Shown: positions 30,270-40,740, counted from the stretch's first letter. The stretch: DNA of 64,000 nt from Candidatus Uhrbacteria bacterium CG10_big_fil_rev_8_21_14_0_10_50_16 (GCA_002774875.1 PCYM01000005.1:1979-65978), one strand, 5' to 3'. Numbers and translations: made by a program. Notes: generated from the sequence alone by a model not told the origin.

Positions 30270-30902
30270 ATGATTATATTACTACTTGGACCACAGGGAG
30301 CTGGAAAGGGAACACAGGGCGAGCGACTTTCAGAGACGCTTGGCTATCCGCTTATTGGTGCAGGCGCACTGTTGCGCGAAGAAAAAGCGAGCGGATCGGA
30401 TTTGGGAAAACGGATTGGAGAGATTATCGACGCAGGGAATCTGGTGCCGCCCGACATGATCACGGAGATGTTGGACAAACGTTTGCAGCAGGATGACGCA
30501 AAGGAAGGTGTGTTGATCGATGGATATCCGCGTGATCCAGAGCAACTGCGACTTATGTTTGAGCGATTTACACCGGATCTGGTGTTTGTTCTTGAATTGG
30601 ATGATCAAACAGCGGTTGAGCGTCTAGGTGGTCGGTGGATGTGTGCAGACGGGCATATTTATAATCTTCAATCTAATCCTCCAAAGCAGGCGGGCGTGTG
30701 TGATGTCGATGGAGGGGAGTTGTTTCAACGTGCAGATGATGAAGAAGGGGCAATTAGAAAGCGTTTGGCAATTTACCATGCCGATACAGCACCGCTTATT
30801 GCACAGATGGAAGAACGGGGGGTACGAGTAATTAAAGTTGATGCGTCACAGGATATTGATTCCGTGCAACGGGATATCTTGCAGACGGTTCAAGAAAAAT
30901 AA
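30270..30902 (+). CDS. adk: Adenylate kinase
   Basis: GPQGAGKGTQ, DGYPR and QRADD motifs. Confidence 0.95.
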   Translation: MIILLLGPQGAGKGTQGERLSETLGYPLIGAGALLREEKASGSDLGKRIGEIIDAGNLVPPDMITEMLDKRLQQDDAKEGVLIDGYPRDPEQLRLMFERFTPDLVFVLELDDQTAVERLGGRWMCADGHIYNLQSNPPKQAGVCDVDGGELFQRADDEEGAIRKRLAIYHADTAPLIAQMEERGVRVIKVDASQDIDSVQRDILQTVQEK

Positions 30903-30997
30903 TCAGCCTTTTGGCTGGTTTTTGAATCGACAAATAGCAGAGATTTTGGTAATCTGTACCTAATTCTCTTATTTTTTGGTCGAATTATTACCTCTCT

Positions 30998-31774
30998 ATG
31001 GCACTTATCAAATCAACTCACGACATTGAATCATTGCGAAGAGGAGGGAAAATCTTATCTGACGCACTTGGTGCGGCAGTAAAAGCGGTAAAGCCGGGCG
31101 TGACGATGCGGGAATTAGATAAAATCGCCGAAGATTCTATGCGAAAGGCGGGCGCGGAACCGTCGTTTTTAGACTACACGGCAGGTGGAGATACACCATT
31201 TCCCGCAACCGTTTGTATCTCACGGAACGAGGAAGTGATTCATGGACCGGGGGATCGAGATATTGCCTTGCGCGAAGGAGATATTGTGGGATTGGACATT
31301 GGATGTTGGTATGAAGGGTTGTGTACGGATATGGCAATCACTGTGCCTGTGGGCGAGGTAACGACGGACGCGCGATCGCTGATGAATGTTACAAAGATGT
31401 CCTTGCAGAAGGGGATTGAGGCGGCAAAGGCGGGAAAGAAATTGCAAACAATCAGCCAAGCGATCGAGAACACAATTAAGCCTCACGGATACGGAATTGT
31501 CACAAGCTACCTGGGGCATGGAGTTGGGCATGCCGTTCACGAGGATCCTATGGTACCGAATTTTGTTTCTAGCCAATTTGATAATCCGAAATTACGTGTA
31601 GGAATGGTTCTTGCGCTGGAGCCGATGGTGACGCTTGGAAGTGAAGAGTTGACATTGGCCGACGACGATTGGTCAGCGATTACGGTGGATGGATCAATTG
31701 CCGCCCACTTTGAGCAGACGATCGTGATTACAGAAACCGGTGCAGAGATTCTCACGCCTTTTCCTGAGGTATGA
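30998..31774 (+). CDS. map: Methionine aminopeptidase type I
   Basis: DMAIT, GHGVG..VHEDP, EPM and AHFEQT motifs. Confidence 0.96.
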   Translation: MALIKSTHDIESLRRGGKILSDALGAAVKAVKPGVTMRELDKIAEDSMRKAGAEPSFLDYTAGGDTPFPATVCISRNEEVIHGPGDRDIALREGDIVGLDIGCWYEGLCTDMAITVPVGEVTTDARSLMNVTKMSLQKGIEAAKAGKKLQTISQAIENTIKPHGYGIVTSYLGHGVGHAVHEDPMVPNFVSSQFDNPKLRVGMVLALEPMVTLGSEELTLADDDWSAITVDGSIAAHFEQTIVITETGAEILTPFPEV

Positions 31775-32166
31775 AGCGGATACTAGGAATTGATCTGGGA
31801 ACCAAGCGACTTGGGTTTGCACTTGGCGAGCCGGTTACGGGAATGGCGGTTCCCTTGGACGTCGTGGAGTTGAACGGACAGGATCCCGTGCAGCTTGTGG
31901 CCGATATGGTGCGAGAAGATGGATATGACTTTATTGTGATGGGGGAGGCACGCACGGCCGATGGCGAGGCAACGCCGATGAGTGAGCGTGCGGCGGCGTT
32001 TGCAAAAGAGCTACAAGACGCCACAGGCGTAACGGTGGCACTCGTCAACGAACATCTTACATCGCGCGCAAGTGATACACTGGCAGAGGAAGCTGGCCGG
32101 TCGCGTCACGACGACGCGTTGGCTGCCATGCTCATTGTTCAAGAATTTCTCAACGAACGCCCATAA
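31771..32166 (+). CDS. ruvX: YqgF/RuvX family nuclease
   Basis: LGIDLGTKRLG, EHLTS and DALAAMLI motifs. Confidence 0.88.
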   Translation: MKRILGIDLGTKRLGFALGEPVTGMAVPLDVVELNGQDPVQLVADMVREDGYDFIVMGEARTADGEATPMSERAAAFAKELQDATGVTVALVNEHLTSRASDTLAEEAGRSRHDDALAAMLIVQEFLNERP

Positions 32167-32174
32167 TTGCCACC

Positions 32175-32948
32175 ATGACCTCCGTCCTCACAGGATTTGT
32201 TCTCGCATGTCGTGACTACAGAGAGCACGACCGATTTTATACACTCTATACGCGAGAACGGGGCAAAGTGCAGGTCATGGCGGTGGGCGCGCGAAAGTTT
32301 CAAAGCAAGCTGGCGGCACATACATCACCCTTCACCGAGTTGACAGTTATGGTGGCGCATGGAAAGCTATGGCTAAAGCTTGCAGGTGTGGAGCGGGGAA
32401 TGGACTTTGCGAGGATTCGCGAAGAATTATCCCTTTTTGGCCTAGGACTTGGGTTGAATGAGCTTATGCATCGCGCGATTGGCGACGGTGAGCCGGATGC
32501 AAGCTTGTATGCGTTTTTGGCAGATGCCTATGCATGGATTCAAACGCTTCCAGATCTCACTGGTACACGTTTGATGTTTGTGCAGAGTGCGCTTACGCTC
32601 AAGTGGCTGGTATTGATCGGGTTCGGACCTCATGCAGATGCCTGTGTTCGCTGCCGCACGCCACACGGAGAGATTTCACAGCCGTTTATCTCTACATCTC
32701 ACGGCGGTCTGGTCTGTAATACATGTGTCCAAGAACAGCGATCCTCATTTGCCGATGCACAGGAGTTGACGCAAGAGGTTCTGGCGGCGCTCCGGTTCTT
32801 ATCCTCTGCTCCGTTTGAAGCATTGCTCACAGATCGACTCGACCCGCTCTTGGATACGCTGATAGAAATTCAAGACGCCTTTACGCACTATCATTTAGAA
32901 CGAGAATTACGTGTTCCTACATTTCTTCAACATATAGCAACGGTATGA
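32175..32948 (+). CDS. recO: DNA repair protein RecO
   Basis: N-terminal OB fold DYREHD...GARK..SK; CxxC...CxxC zinc finger. Confidence 0.88.
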   Translation: MTSVLTGFVLACRDYREHDRFYTLYTRERGKVQVMAVGARKFQSKLAAHTSPFTELTVMVAHGKLWLKLAGVERGMDFARIREELSLFGLGLGLNELMHRAIGDGEPDASLYAFLADAYAWIQTLPDLTGTRLMFVQSALTLKWLVLIGFGPHADACVRCRTPHGEISQPFISTSHGGLVCNTCVQEQRSSFADAQELTQEVLAALRFLSSAPFEALLTDRLDPLLDTLIEIQDAFTHYHLERELRVPTFLQHIATV

Positions 32949-34237
32949 AAACGACGATTTCACAACTTTCTACACAATTAGAGCAGGTCGTCGAACTTGC
33001 TGGTTGGACCTACGCATTACGGTCTTCTGGTAAGATCGCGTTTTTGCAGTTTCGTGATGGAACAGGCTACGTACAAGTCGTTTTTGAAAAAGAAAAGTTG
33101 TCCGACGCCGATTGGGAGTTGCTCACGCACCTGGAGCAAGAATCTTCTGTATCCGTAACTGGCACTGTCGTAAAAGACGATCGCTCGCCAACAGGCGTGG
33201 AGGTACAGGGGATTACGGTTGCGTTGGTGAGCACGTCTACAAACTACCCGATTACGCCAAAAGAACATGGCACAGATTTTTTGATGGATCATAGGCATTT
33301 GTGGTTGCGATCTAAGCGGCCGTGGGCTATGATGCGTGTGCGCGATACCATTGAGCGTGCAACGTCGGAGTTTATGCACGATCAGGATTTTCTGCGAATG
33401 GATGCACCTATTCTGACACCAAGTGCGTGTGAGGGGACAACGGAACTGTACGAGGTAGACCATTTTGGACGTCCAGCGTACTTGAGCCAATCGGGTCAGT
33501 TGTACTCTGAAGCGGGCATTTTTGCTCATGGTCGTGTGTATGATTTTGGTCCTGTTTTTCGGGCAGAAAAGAGCAAAACACGGCGACATTTAAACGAATT
33601 TTGGATGATGGATGCCGAGGCGGCATATGTCGATTGGCAGGAAAACATGCAAATTCAGGAGGATTTGGTGCTCTATATCATCAAACGTGTTCTTGAGGAG
33701 CGTCGTTATGAGTTGGAGACGATTCTAGAACGTGATGTGTCAAAACTAGAGATTATAAAGGGCCCATTCCCGCGAATCGAACATAAGACAGTCGTCAAAA
33801 TGTTACAAGATGCCGGAAGCGATATTCAAGAAGACGAGGATTTGGGGGCTGACGACGAAACGATTCTCACCCAACAATTTGATATGCCTATTTTTGTTAC
33901 TAAGTATCCGGCAAAAATAAAAGCGTTTTATATGAAGGCAGATCCAGAGGATGCGACACGAGCGTTGTGTAGTGATATGTTGGCACCAGAAGGATATGGT
34001 GAGGTCATCGGTGGGTCAGAACGAGAAGTAGATCTTGCACGATTGCAAGAAAAAATTCGCGCGCATAATCTTCCAATGGATCAATTTGAGTGGTACTTGG
34101 ATTTGCGTCGCTTTGGTTCGGTTCCACATTCCGGATTCGGTTACGGGTTGGAGCGATTGGTGATGTGGTTATGTGGCACCAAACATGTGCGTGAAGCGAT
34201 TCCGTTTCCGCGAACGCTCAATCGTCTTGAACCATAG
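32945..34237 (+). CDS. asnS: Asparagine--tRNA ligase
   Basis: FRAEKSKTRRHL, GEVIGGSERE and PHSGFGYGLER motifs. Confidence 0.93.
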   Translation: MKTTISQLSTQLEQVVELAGWTYALRSSGKIAFLQFRDGTGYVQVVFEKEKLSDADWELLTHLEQESSVSVTGTVVKDDRSPTGVEVQGITVALVSTSTNYPITPKEHGTDFLMDHRHLWLRSKRPWAMMRVRDTIERATSEFMHDQDFLRMDAPILTPSACEGTTELYEVDHFGRPAYLSQSGQLYSEAGIFAHGRVYDFGPVFRAEKSKTRRHLNEFWMMDAEAAYVDWQENMQIQEDLVLYIIKRVLEERRYELETILERDVSKLEIIKGPFPRIEHKTVVKMLQDAGSDIQEDEDLGADDETILTQQFDMPIFVTKYPAKIKAFYMKADPEDATRALCSDMLAPEGYGEVIGGSEREVDLARLQEKIRAHNLPMDQFEWYLDLRRFGSVPHSGFGYGLERLVMWLCGTKHVREAIPFPRTLNRLEP

Positions 34238-34238
34238 T

Positions 34239-34631
34239 ATGGATGAAGTGGTGTTGGGAATTGTTTGTCGAAGAGGGAAGGTCCTTCTCGTTAAGCGTCA
34301 AAGAGATGACGACTTTGTTTGGTCGTTGCCGGGCGGTAAAATTGAAGCAGGAGAGACAAAGGAATATGCGATTATTCGTGAAATTCGAGAAGAGTCGGGA
34401 GTTGACTGCGTGGCGGTGAAGGAAATTGGTCGACGTATCCATCCAACAACCGGGCGCTCATTGAGTTATTGGGAATGCCGTTACCACTCGGGTGTTCTCT
34501 ATCCTCGCGTAAAGACGATCGAGGAGGTTGCTTGGTTTACAAGGGAGGAAGCGTTGGAACGATTGGGAACATCATTATTTGACCCGGCAAAGGATTTTTT
34601 GACAAGCTGTTCTGTTGATAAGGGTATTTAG
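34239..34631 (+). CDS. NUDIX hydrolase, MutT-like
   Basis: GGKIEAGETKEYAIIREIREESG NUDIX box. Confidence 0.88.
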   Translation: MDEVVLGIVCRRGKVLLVKRQRDDDFVWSLPGGKIEAGETKEYAIIREIREESGVDCVAVKEIGRRIHPTTGRSLSYWECRYHSGVLYPRVKTIEEVAWFTREEALERLGTSLFDPAKDFLTSCSVDKGI

Positions 34632-34641
34632 GAGTCGCTGA

Positions 34642-34800
34642 TTGACGAAGTGAGAAGCAGATGTCATTATTTATGTGTATGAAGAACCTCTATTTTATCC
34701 AGGAGAATAATAGCCGGCCCCAGCTGGCGTAGTTTTCTTGTAAATGAGAGAAAATAGGCCAGCCGCGGGGCTGGTATTTTGTTCTGGCCGAGAGGGCCGG
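34642..34800 (+). promoter_or_regulatory. aspS promoter with uORF and long hairpin leader
   Basis: TTGACG-N17-CATTAT; 17-aa ORF at 34679-34732; stem 34709-34728/34758-34778 followed by a T-rich run. Confidence 0.45.
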
Positions 34801-34830
34801 AATGCGGTAGAATTCAATCAATTCTTTAAT

Positions 34831-36234
34831 ATGACAGAACGAACATTAGCAAAAGACACAGTAGAATTAGTTGGACAAACGGTGACAATAAAAGGGTGGG
34901 TCAACGCCCGTCGCAACATGGGAAAAGTGGCGTTTTTGGATATGCGAGACCGAACGGGTATCTTACAAGTTGTTGTCGTACCGGCTGAGTTGGATGATGC
35001 GTCACAAGGAAAAACGGACGAGATTCGATCGGAATACGTCTTGGAAGTAACGGGAGAGGTAAAGGCGCGCGGAGAAAAACAACGCAATCCAAATATGGTT
35101 ACAGGAACGGTTGAGCTTCTTGCCAAATCTGTTCGTATCTTGAATGTGGCAGAGACCACCCCGTTTGAAATAGACAAAGACACGCGTGGGATCAACGAGG
35201 AGTTGCGACTTAAATATCGCTACTTGGATTTGCGCACGGAACGGATGCAAAAGAACATCCGCATGCGAGACCAGATTATTACGTTTTTCCGATCGTACAT
35301 GCATGCCAATGACTTTGTGGAAATCGAGACACCGATTCTCATGAAGGGAACGCCGGAGGGGTCTCGCGAATACATTGTTCCATCTCGTTTGCACGCGGGA
35401 TCATTTTACGTATTGCCACAGTCTCCACAGCAATTTAAACAACTGTCGATGGTGGCGGGGTTTGAACGATACTTTCAAATTGCGCGCTGTTTTCGAGATG
35501 AAGATCAACGAGGAGACCGACAGCCCGAGTTTACGCAACTGGACTTTGAAATGTCTTTTGTGACGCAGGAAGAAATTTTGGCCTACACTGAGGCGATGTT
35601 TATTGAGCTTGTTACGACACTATTCCCAGAGAAAACCATTACATCTGTGCCGTTTACACGCTTGTCCTACGCTGAGGCGATGGAATTACATGGAACCGAT
35701 AAACCGGATCTACGTGTCAACAAAGAAGATCCAAATGAGTTGGCCTTTTGTTGGATTTTGGACTTTCCGATGTTTGAGACAATGGAGGACGGCAGTATTC
35801 AATCGATGCATCATCCGTTTTGTTCGGTGAAGGCGGAGGACGAAGCAAAACTGATGAGCGGAGAAGACATGATGTCTATTCGTACGAATGCGTACGACCT
35901 CGTGTTGAATGGATTTGAATTGAGTTCCGGATCTATTCGAATCCATACCGCAGAAATGCAAAAGCGAATTTTTGAGCTCTTGAATGTTAGCGAAGAAGAA
36001 CAGAAGTTGCGCTTTGGCCACATTCTGGAGGCATTTACCTTTGGTGCACCTCCCCATGGAGGATTTGCCCCGGGGATTGATCGTATTGTTATGCTCATGA
36101 TGGGCGAACCGAATATTCGAGAGGTGATCGCGTTTCCAAAAGATGGTCATGCACGAGATGTAATGATGGATGCACCGGGACCGTTGCCAACGCGCACGCT
36201 TGACGAAGTTCACATAAGTATAAAAAATGCGTAA
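34831..36234 (+). CDS. aspS: Aspartate--tRNA ligase, short form without the GAD insertion
   Basis: LPQSPQQFKQ, FRDEDQRGDRQPEF and PPHGGFAPGIDR motifs; 467 aa. Confidence 0.94.
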   Translation: MTERTLAKDTVELVGQTVTIKGWVNARRNMGKVAFLDMRDRTGILQVVVVPAELDDASQGKTDEIRSEYVLEVTGEVKARGEKQRNPNMVTGTVELLAKSVRILNVAETTPFEIDKDTRGINEELRLKYRYLDLRTERMQKNIRMRDQIITFFRSYMHANDFVEIETPILMKGTPEGSREYIVPSRLHAGSFYVLPQSPQQFKQLSMVAGFERYFQIARCFRDEDQRGDRQPEFTQLDFEMSFVTQEEILAYTEAMFIELVTTLFPEKTITSVPFTRLSYAEAMELHGTDKPDLRVNKEDPNELAFCWILDFPMFETMEDGSIQSMHHPFCSVKAEDEAKLMSGEDMMSIRTNAYDLVLNGFELSSGSIRIHTAEMQKRIFELLNVSEEEQKLRFGHILEAFTFGAPPHGGFAPGIDRIVMLMMGEPNIREVIAFPKDGHARDVMMDAPGPLPTRTLDEVHISIKNA

Positions 36235-36919
36235 CGAGTACGCCGTTAACATTGAAGTATTCCAAGGGCCGTTATCGGTCCTTTTGGAGTTAATCGAGAA
36301 GCAGACACTAGAAATTAGCAATGTGAGCCTCGGGTCGATTACAGAAGATTTTTTGCGCCACATTGAGCAGGTAGAGGAAATTGCGCCACACGAGGTGGCA
36401 GATTTTTTGCTTGTTGCAGGACGGCTTCTGTATCTCAAATCAAAGCTCTTGCTCCCAGGCCTCGCGATCGAAGAAGACGAAGACGTGGATCTTACGGGTC
36501 AGTTAAAACTTTATCAACGATTTGCCGAGGCGGCGACTATTATTGCAGATCGTGCAGCATCGCAGCGAGTCGCGTATACTGCACCTAGATTGAAGATAGA
36601 GATTCCTGCATTTAGCCCGCCAACGCTTACGGCCGAGGAATTGGCGGCGGCCGTGCGAGCGCTTACGGAACGCGTCAAACCGTATGTGGATTTGCCGGAA
36701 AAAATGCTACAACGCACGGTCACCGTGGAGGAAAAGATTGAGCAGTTGAAGGCACGGATTCAACAAGAGGCAACCATTTATTTCCATGATGTAACGCAAC
36801 GTGGATCCAAATCGGACATTGTCGCAAGTTTTCTCGCCTTGCTTGAGTTGCTCAAACAAGATATTTTGCGTGTAGAGCAAAAAGGACACTTTGATGACAT
36901 TTCTATTACCCGCGTATGA
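36227..36919 (+). CDS. scpA: Segregation/condensation protein A
   Basis: FQGPL..LL.LI, KSKLLLP and FLALLEL motifs. Confidence 0.92.
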   Translation: MRNEYAVNIEVFQGPLSVLLELIEKQTLEISNVSLGSITEDFLRHIEQVEEIAPHEVADFLLVAGRLLYLKSKLLLPGLAIEEDEDVDLTGQLKLYQRFAEAATIIADRAASQRVAYTAPRLKIEIPAFSPPTLTAEELAAAVRALTERVKPYVDLPEKMLQRTVTVEEKIEQLKARIQQEATIYFHDVTQRGSKSDIVASFLALLELLKQDILRVEQKGHFDDISITRV

Positions 36920-37452
36920 ACATCCCAACACGTAATTTAGAAGCGATCCTGTTTGCTGCAGGGAAGCCTATGACAAAAAAACAGCTGCAGCGTGTGTTGT
37001 CTATTGACGATGCGAGTCTTCGCGAAGTGCTTGATCAAATAGCACAACATTTAAACACGGAGGGGTCGGGTGTGCGACTCTTTGAGTCGGCGTTAGATGT
37101 GGCACTTGTCACAAACCCGGATGCGGCGGATGTCGTGCGAGACGTGTTACAAAAAGACGTTACGGGGGAGTTGACCAAGCCATCCATTGAGACACTCGCG
37201 ATTATTGCCTACCGTGGACCAATTACCAAACCAGAGCTTGAGCAAGTGCGTGGTGTTAATTGTTCGCTTATTTTGCGCAACCTTCTTATTCGCGGGTTGA
37301 TTGAGGAAATTTCGGAAAAACGCACTGTCACTTATGTTGTGTCGATGGAGTTTTTGCAGCATATGGGGTACGACCGTGTAGATATACTTCCAGACTATGT
37401 TGCTTTGCACGAACATGCACTCTTAAGTGCTCTCATGAAACAAGAAGGCTAA
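36916..37452 (+). CDS. scpB: Segregation/condensation protein B
   Basis: EAILF, ETLAIIAYRGPIT and RGVN motifs. Confidence 0.93.
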   Translation: MNIPTRNLEAILFAAGKPMTKKQLQRVLSIDDASLREVLDQIAQHLNTEGSGVRLFESALDVALVTNPDAADVVRDVLQKDVTGELTKPSIETLAIIAYRGPITKPELEQVRGVNCSLILRNLLIRGLIEEISEKRTVTYVVSMEFLQHMGYDRVDILPDYVALHEHALLSALMKQEG

Positions 37453-37453
37453 C

Positions 37454-38407
37454 ATGCGCGTAAACGCTGTTGTAAATGTGCTACTGGCGCTTGTACTTAC
37501 GCCCTTTGCCATGACTCCCACGACGAGCCCTTCTTCTGTTGCACTCTCGGACGTTATTGCGCGTGCCGTGCAGATCGAAACGGGTTCTTTTCCATTAGCG
37601 GGACATCGCGGACCTCAGCGTGTAGACGTGCAAAGTCTCGGTGTGGTAACAGACGCGCCCAGCGTGTTGATTCGTGACGTAGAGACAGGGGTACCTCTTA
37701 TGCAGCGCGGGGAAGAGATTAAACGTCCGATCGCAAGTATTACAAAATTGATGACAGCGCTTGTTTTATTGGAAGACTACACATGGAATTGGGAAGATGC
37801 GGCAACGGTCAAGCAAGAAGACGTGACGGTTGGCGGCCGTTGGTATTATCGATTTAATGACGCGCTGAACATGGAGGACTTGTTTACCATGATGCTGGTG
37901 GCATCTGGGAACAATGAAACACACGCGCTTGTACGAGAGGTTGGCGCAACACAGGAAGAATTTGTGGCAAAAATGAATCGCAAAGCGGAGCAAATTGGTA
38001 TGCAAAATGCCACATTTGGAGATCCTATCGGGCTTGATCCTCACAACGCAGCCACGGCACAAGACGTCATGGTGTTATTGAACGAGGCGCTGCAACATGA
38101 GGAGATTGCCAGTCGTGTAGCACATGGGTCGGTTCACGTGGTTTCCGGGATTGGAAACGTTTATGATGTGGAAGGAACGAATGAGCTGTTCCATTCGTTT
38201 TTAAATCAGTCTCCGTATAAAGTTGTTGGAGGGAAGACGGGATCATTGGACGAAGCGGGCTATTGTTTGACGACGCGCATTGAGCGTGATGGACATTTGG
38301 TGGATGTAGTCGTGCTTGGTGCGAGTCAACCTGAGGCGCGATTTTCTGATGCAAAAGACTTGGTGAGCTGGGCGTTTGACGTCTTTTCTTGGGAGAGAGA
38401 TTTATGA
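37454..38407 (+). CDS. D-alanyl-D-alanine carboxypeptidase family (peptidase S11)
   Basis: SxxK (ASITKLMT), SxN (SGN) and KTG motifs; signal peptide. Confidence 0.9.
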   Translation: MRVNAVVNVLLALVLTPFAMTPTTSPSSVALSDVIARAVQIETGSFPLAGHRGPQRVDVQSLGVVTDAPSVLIRDVETGVPLMQRGEEIKRPIASITKLMTALVLLEDYTWNWEDAATVKQEDVTVGGRWYYRFNDALNMEDLFTMMLVASGNNETHALVREVGATQEEFVAKMNRKAEQIGMQNATFGDPIGLDPHNAATAQDVMVLLNEALQHEEIASRVAHGSVHVVSGIGNVYDVEGTNELFHSFLNQSPYKVVGGKTGSLDEAGYCLTTRIERDGHLVDVVVLGASQPEARFSDAKDLVSWAFDVFSWERDL

Positions 38408-38907
38408 TCGACATGGTTGTACAACAGTTTCAGGGAATCTCCCCTGCATGGGCGACGTTTTTTATTGCGATGTTACCGATTTTAGAGGTGCGAGGAGCGG
38501 TTGTGCTCGGTATTGAGTTTTTTCATTTGCCGATTGTTTCTGTTATGGGCCTCTCGTTTTTTGGAAGTGTGATTCCGGCAATCTTACTTCCGGCACTCCT
38601 TGAGATTGTTGAACGACCGTTGCGTAAAGCGGTTCCGTTTGTGGATCGATTGTTCGTTTGGATCTCGCAACATGTGGAACATCGCTATACGGATAAATAC
38701 CGTGCGATGGGATCTCTGGGGTTAATCCTTTTTATTGCCATTCCACTTCCCGGAACGGGTGTGTGGACCGGTGCACTTGCGGCGTGGATTTTCTCCATTC
38801 CAAAACGCTATGCCATCCCGGCAATTATCATGGGCACAGGCGCTGCAACATTGATTGTAACGCTCACGACCCTCGGGGGTTTTGCATTATTTAGGGCTGT
38901 TGTATGA
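38404..38907 (+). CDS. Putative small multidrug export family membrane protein
   Basis: P..EVRG and AIPLPGTGVWTG motifs. Confidence 0.8.
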   Translation: MIDMVVQQFQGISPAWATFFIAMLPILEVRGAVVLGIEFFHLPIVSVMGLSFFGSVIPAILLPALLEIVERPLRKAVPFVDRLFVWISQHVEHRYTDKYRAMGSLGLILFIAIPLPGTGVWTGALAAWIFSIPKRYAIPAIIMGTGAATLIVTLTTLGGFALFRAVV

Positions 38908-40004
38908 GAATTGGGATTGACCTGACGTGGCAGGGTAGTCAGCCAGCAGGTGTGGGAACGATGGTGGGAGAAGTGTTACAGGAGCTCGCATCTCGTAGAG
39001 AGATCGAGCTTGTTGTGTTTGTAAAACAGGGTGTGTTGCCTCAAAAAGAATATGGTCACGTGGTAGAAGTCTCGTTGGGTGTGGGGAAGCATTTGAACCT
39101 TTATTGGTCGATAAAACAAGCACGGTTGGATGTTCTGTGGCAGGTGGGAGATTGGTTACCGTTGTTATTGCCACGTGATTTGCGGACGATTCAAACGGTG
39201 CATGATCTTATCTCGGTGGAGCATCCAGAATGGTTTCCGCAAACAGGCGTCTCGCGTTGGTGGTCATGGAATATGCGGGTGAAGCACGCGATTCGGGGCG
39301 CAACCGTCGTCCATGCAATTTCAACGTGGACTGCCGGTTGTATTTTACGGTCTTTCCCAGAGGTGAAGGATCGAGTCGTGATGGCGTATCAGGGAGTACG
39401 AACACCGGAAAAAATTCAAAAAACGCTATCGAATGGGATTCATTATCCGTTTGTGTTGATCCTTGGAACGATTGAGCCGCGTAAAAATATTCCCTTTGCC
39501 TGCCAATCTTTTTTGCAATTTGCCCAAGAGTACCCAGAGCCTCACCTGGTGATTGCAGGGAAGGAGGGATGGAAGTCGGGAGCATCGATAGAGGCGATTT
39601 GCGCGTTACAGCAAGCCTTGCCGGGTCGTGTACATGTACGATCGTACGTGACCGATGAGGAGAAGTGGACATTATTACAAGAGGCGTCGGCGTTATTGAT
39701 GATGTCACACGCGGAAGGGTTTGGACGACCGGTGATTGAGGCGATGTCGGTTGGAACTCCTGTGATTGCCTCGGCGAATTCTGCGTTGCAGGAAATTACT
39801 GAGGACGCCGGCGTGTTAGTCCCACCTGGTGATTTACAGAAGACCGCACGTGCGCTCTGGCGTGTGCTCTATCATCCGTTGCTTACAGACCGTTTGATTC
39901 CGCTCGGATTGGATCGCGCACGTTGCTTTTTGACAAGTCAGATGGCGGATCAAGTAATGGTAAGATTGAAGGTCGATTTGATTAATAACAAAACAACCTC
40001 CTAG
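38904..40004 (+). CDS. Glycosyltransferase (GT4)
   Basis: TVHDL, GTIEPRKN and EGFGRPVIEAM motifs. Confidence 0.9.
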   Translation: MRIGIDLTWQGSQPAGVGTMVGEVLQELASRREIELVVFVKQGVLPQKEYGHVVEVSLGVGKHLNLYWSIKQARLDVLWQVGDWLPLLLPRDLRTIQTVHDLISVEHPEWFPQTGVSRWWSWNMRVKHAIRGATVVHAISTWTAGCILRSFPEVKDRVVMAYQGVRTPEKIQKTLSNGIHYPFVLILGTIEPRKNIPFACQSFLQFAQEYPEPHLVIAGKEGWKSGASIEAICALQQALPGRVHVRSYVTDEEKWTLLQEASALLMMSHAEGFGRPVIEAMSVGTPVIASANSALQEITEDAGVLVPPGDLQKTARALWRVLYHPLLTDRLIPLGLDRARCFLTSQMADQVMVRLKVDLINNKTTS

Positions 40005-40021
40005 GAGGTTGTTTTTGAGAC

Positions 40022-40486
40022 CTAGAAATATCGCTGAAGGAACACGATGACGACTAGCTGCCCAATGAGACCATAGCGGAGCGGAACGTCTCCGGAACGA
40101 TCAGAAATAAGATTGTGAAAGAAAAAGTGAAATCGATTAAACCACTCAAGCGATTGCACCTCCCACGCCTCGTAAATGCCATTAATAAAGTCGGGTAAAA
40201 CCGATCCAATAATACCCATGGCAAGGACAAAGGAAAGTGTGTGGTCGGGAGAATATGCAAACATGAGTGAGACAACGATCAGGGCAGTGATTGCATCCAT
40301 GATGACGAATGCAACGGCGCGCTTTTGCGCGGTCTTTGTTTTGTGGCCTTCATAGAGTTCGCGGTCTCCATGAGGGATGATGTCTACAAGGAAGTGGGAT
40401 CCGAAGCCAAGGGAAAAGGCGAGGTAGGGGTCACCTGTGGCTCCGCCGATGATTGCGCCAATAACGGCGTGGGTGGTTAACGTCAT
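40022..40486 (-). CDS. Membrane-bound metal-dependent hydrolase-like protein
   Basis: THAVIG, SHFLVDIIPH and LPD...H motifs in TM segments; ATG at 40486 preceded by TGTTATACT. Confidence 0.65.
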   Translation of the reverse strand: MTLTTHAVIGAIIGGATGDPYLAFSLGFGSHFLVDIIPHGDRELYEGHKTKTAQKRAVAFVIMDAITALIVVSLMFAYSPDHTLSFVLAMGIIGSVLPDFINGIYEAWEVQSLEWFNRFHFFFHNLISDRSGDVPLRYGLIGQLVVIVFLQRYF

Positions 40487-40590
40487 AGTCGATGGGAGTA
40501 TAACAAACTGACCCGTGAGATCAACCTTTGCTGTGGATGTTTGAGAAATACCCCAGTTATTTGTTGGTGCGAGTTTTTGCGAGGTTATAG

Positions 40591-40694
40591 TGAAGTAAGA
40601 ATCTCGTTTGGTCGTCATCGCAGGTTTAAATGTTCTGATGAAGCAGCTATTTCTATTGGTCGTCATTGCGCGTTTACCGGGTTGTGATGAAGCA
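40591..40694. repeat. Degenerate tandem repeat with 48-49 bp period
   Basis: TGAAG at 40591, 40639 and 40688; TTGGTCGTCAT twice; TGATGAAGCA twice. Confidence 0.7.
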
Positions 40695-40740
40695 ATGACG
40701 GATGGTTGTTTTTGATCAGATCACATGAGATCGATCAAGC

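Noticed and set aside
40635-40660. Hammerhead ribozyme (CTGATGA)
   Set aside because: No stem II followed by GAAA; the heptamer is part of the tandem repeat.
40487-40666. 60-aa N-terminal extension of ORF 40022-40666
   Set aside because: It derives from the tandem repeat, and a -10 element sits just before the ATG at 40486.
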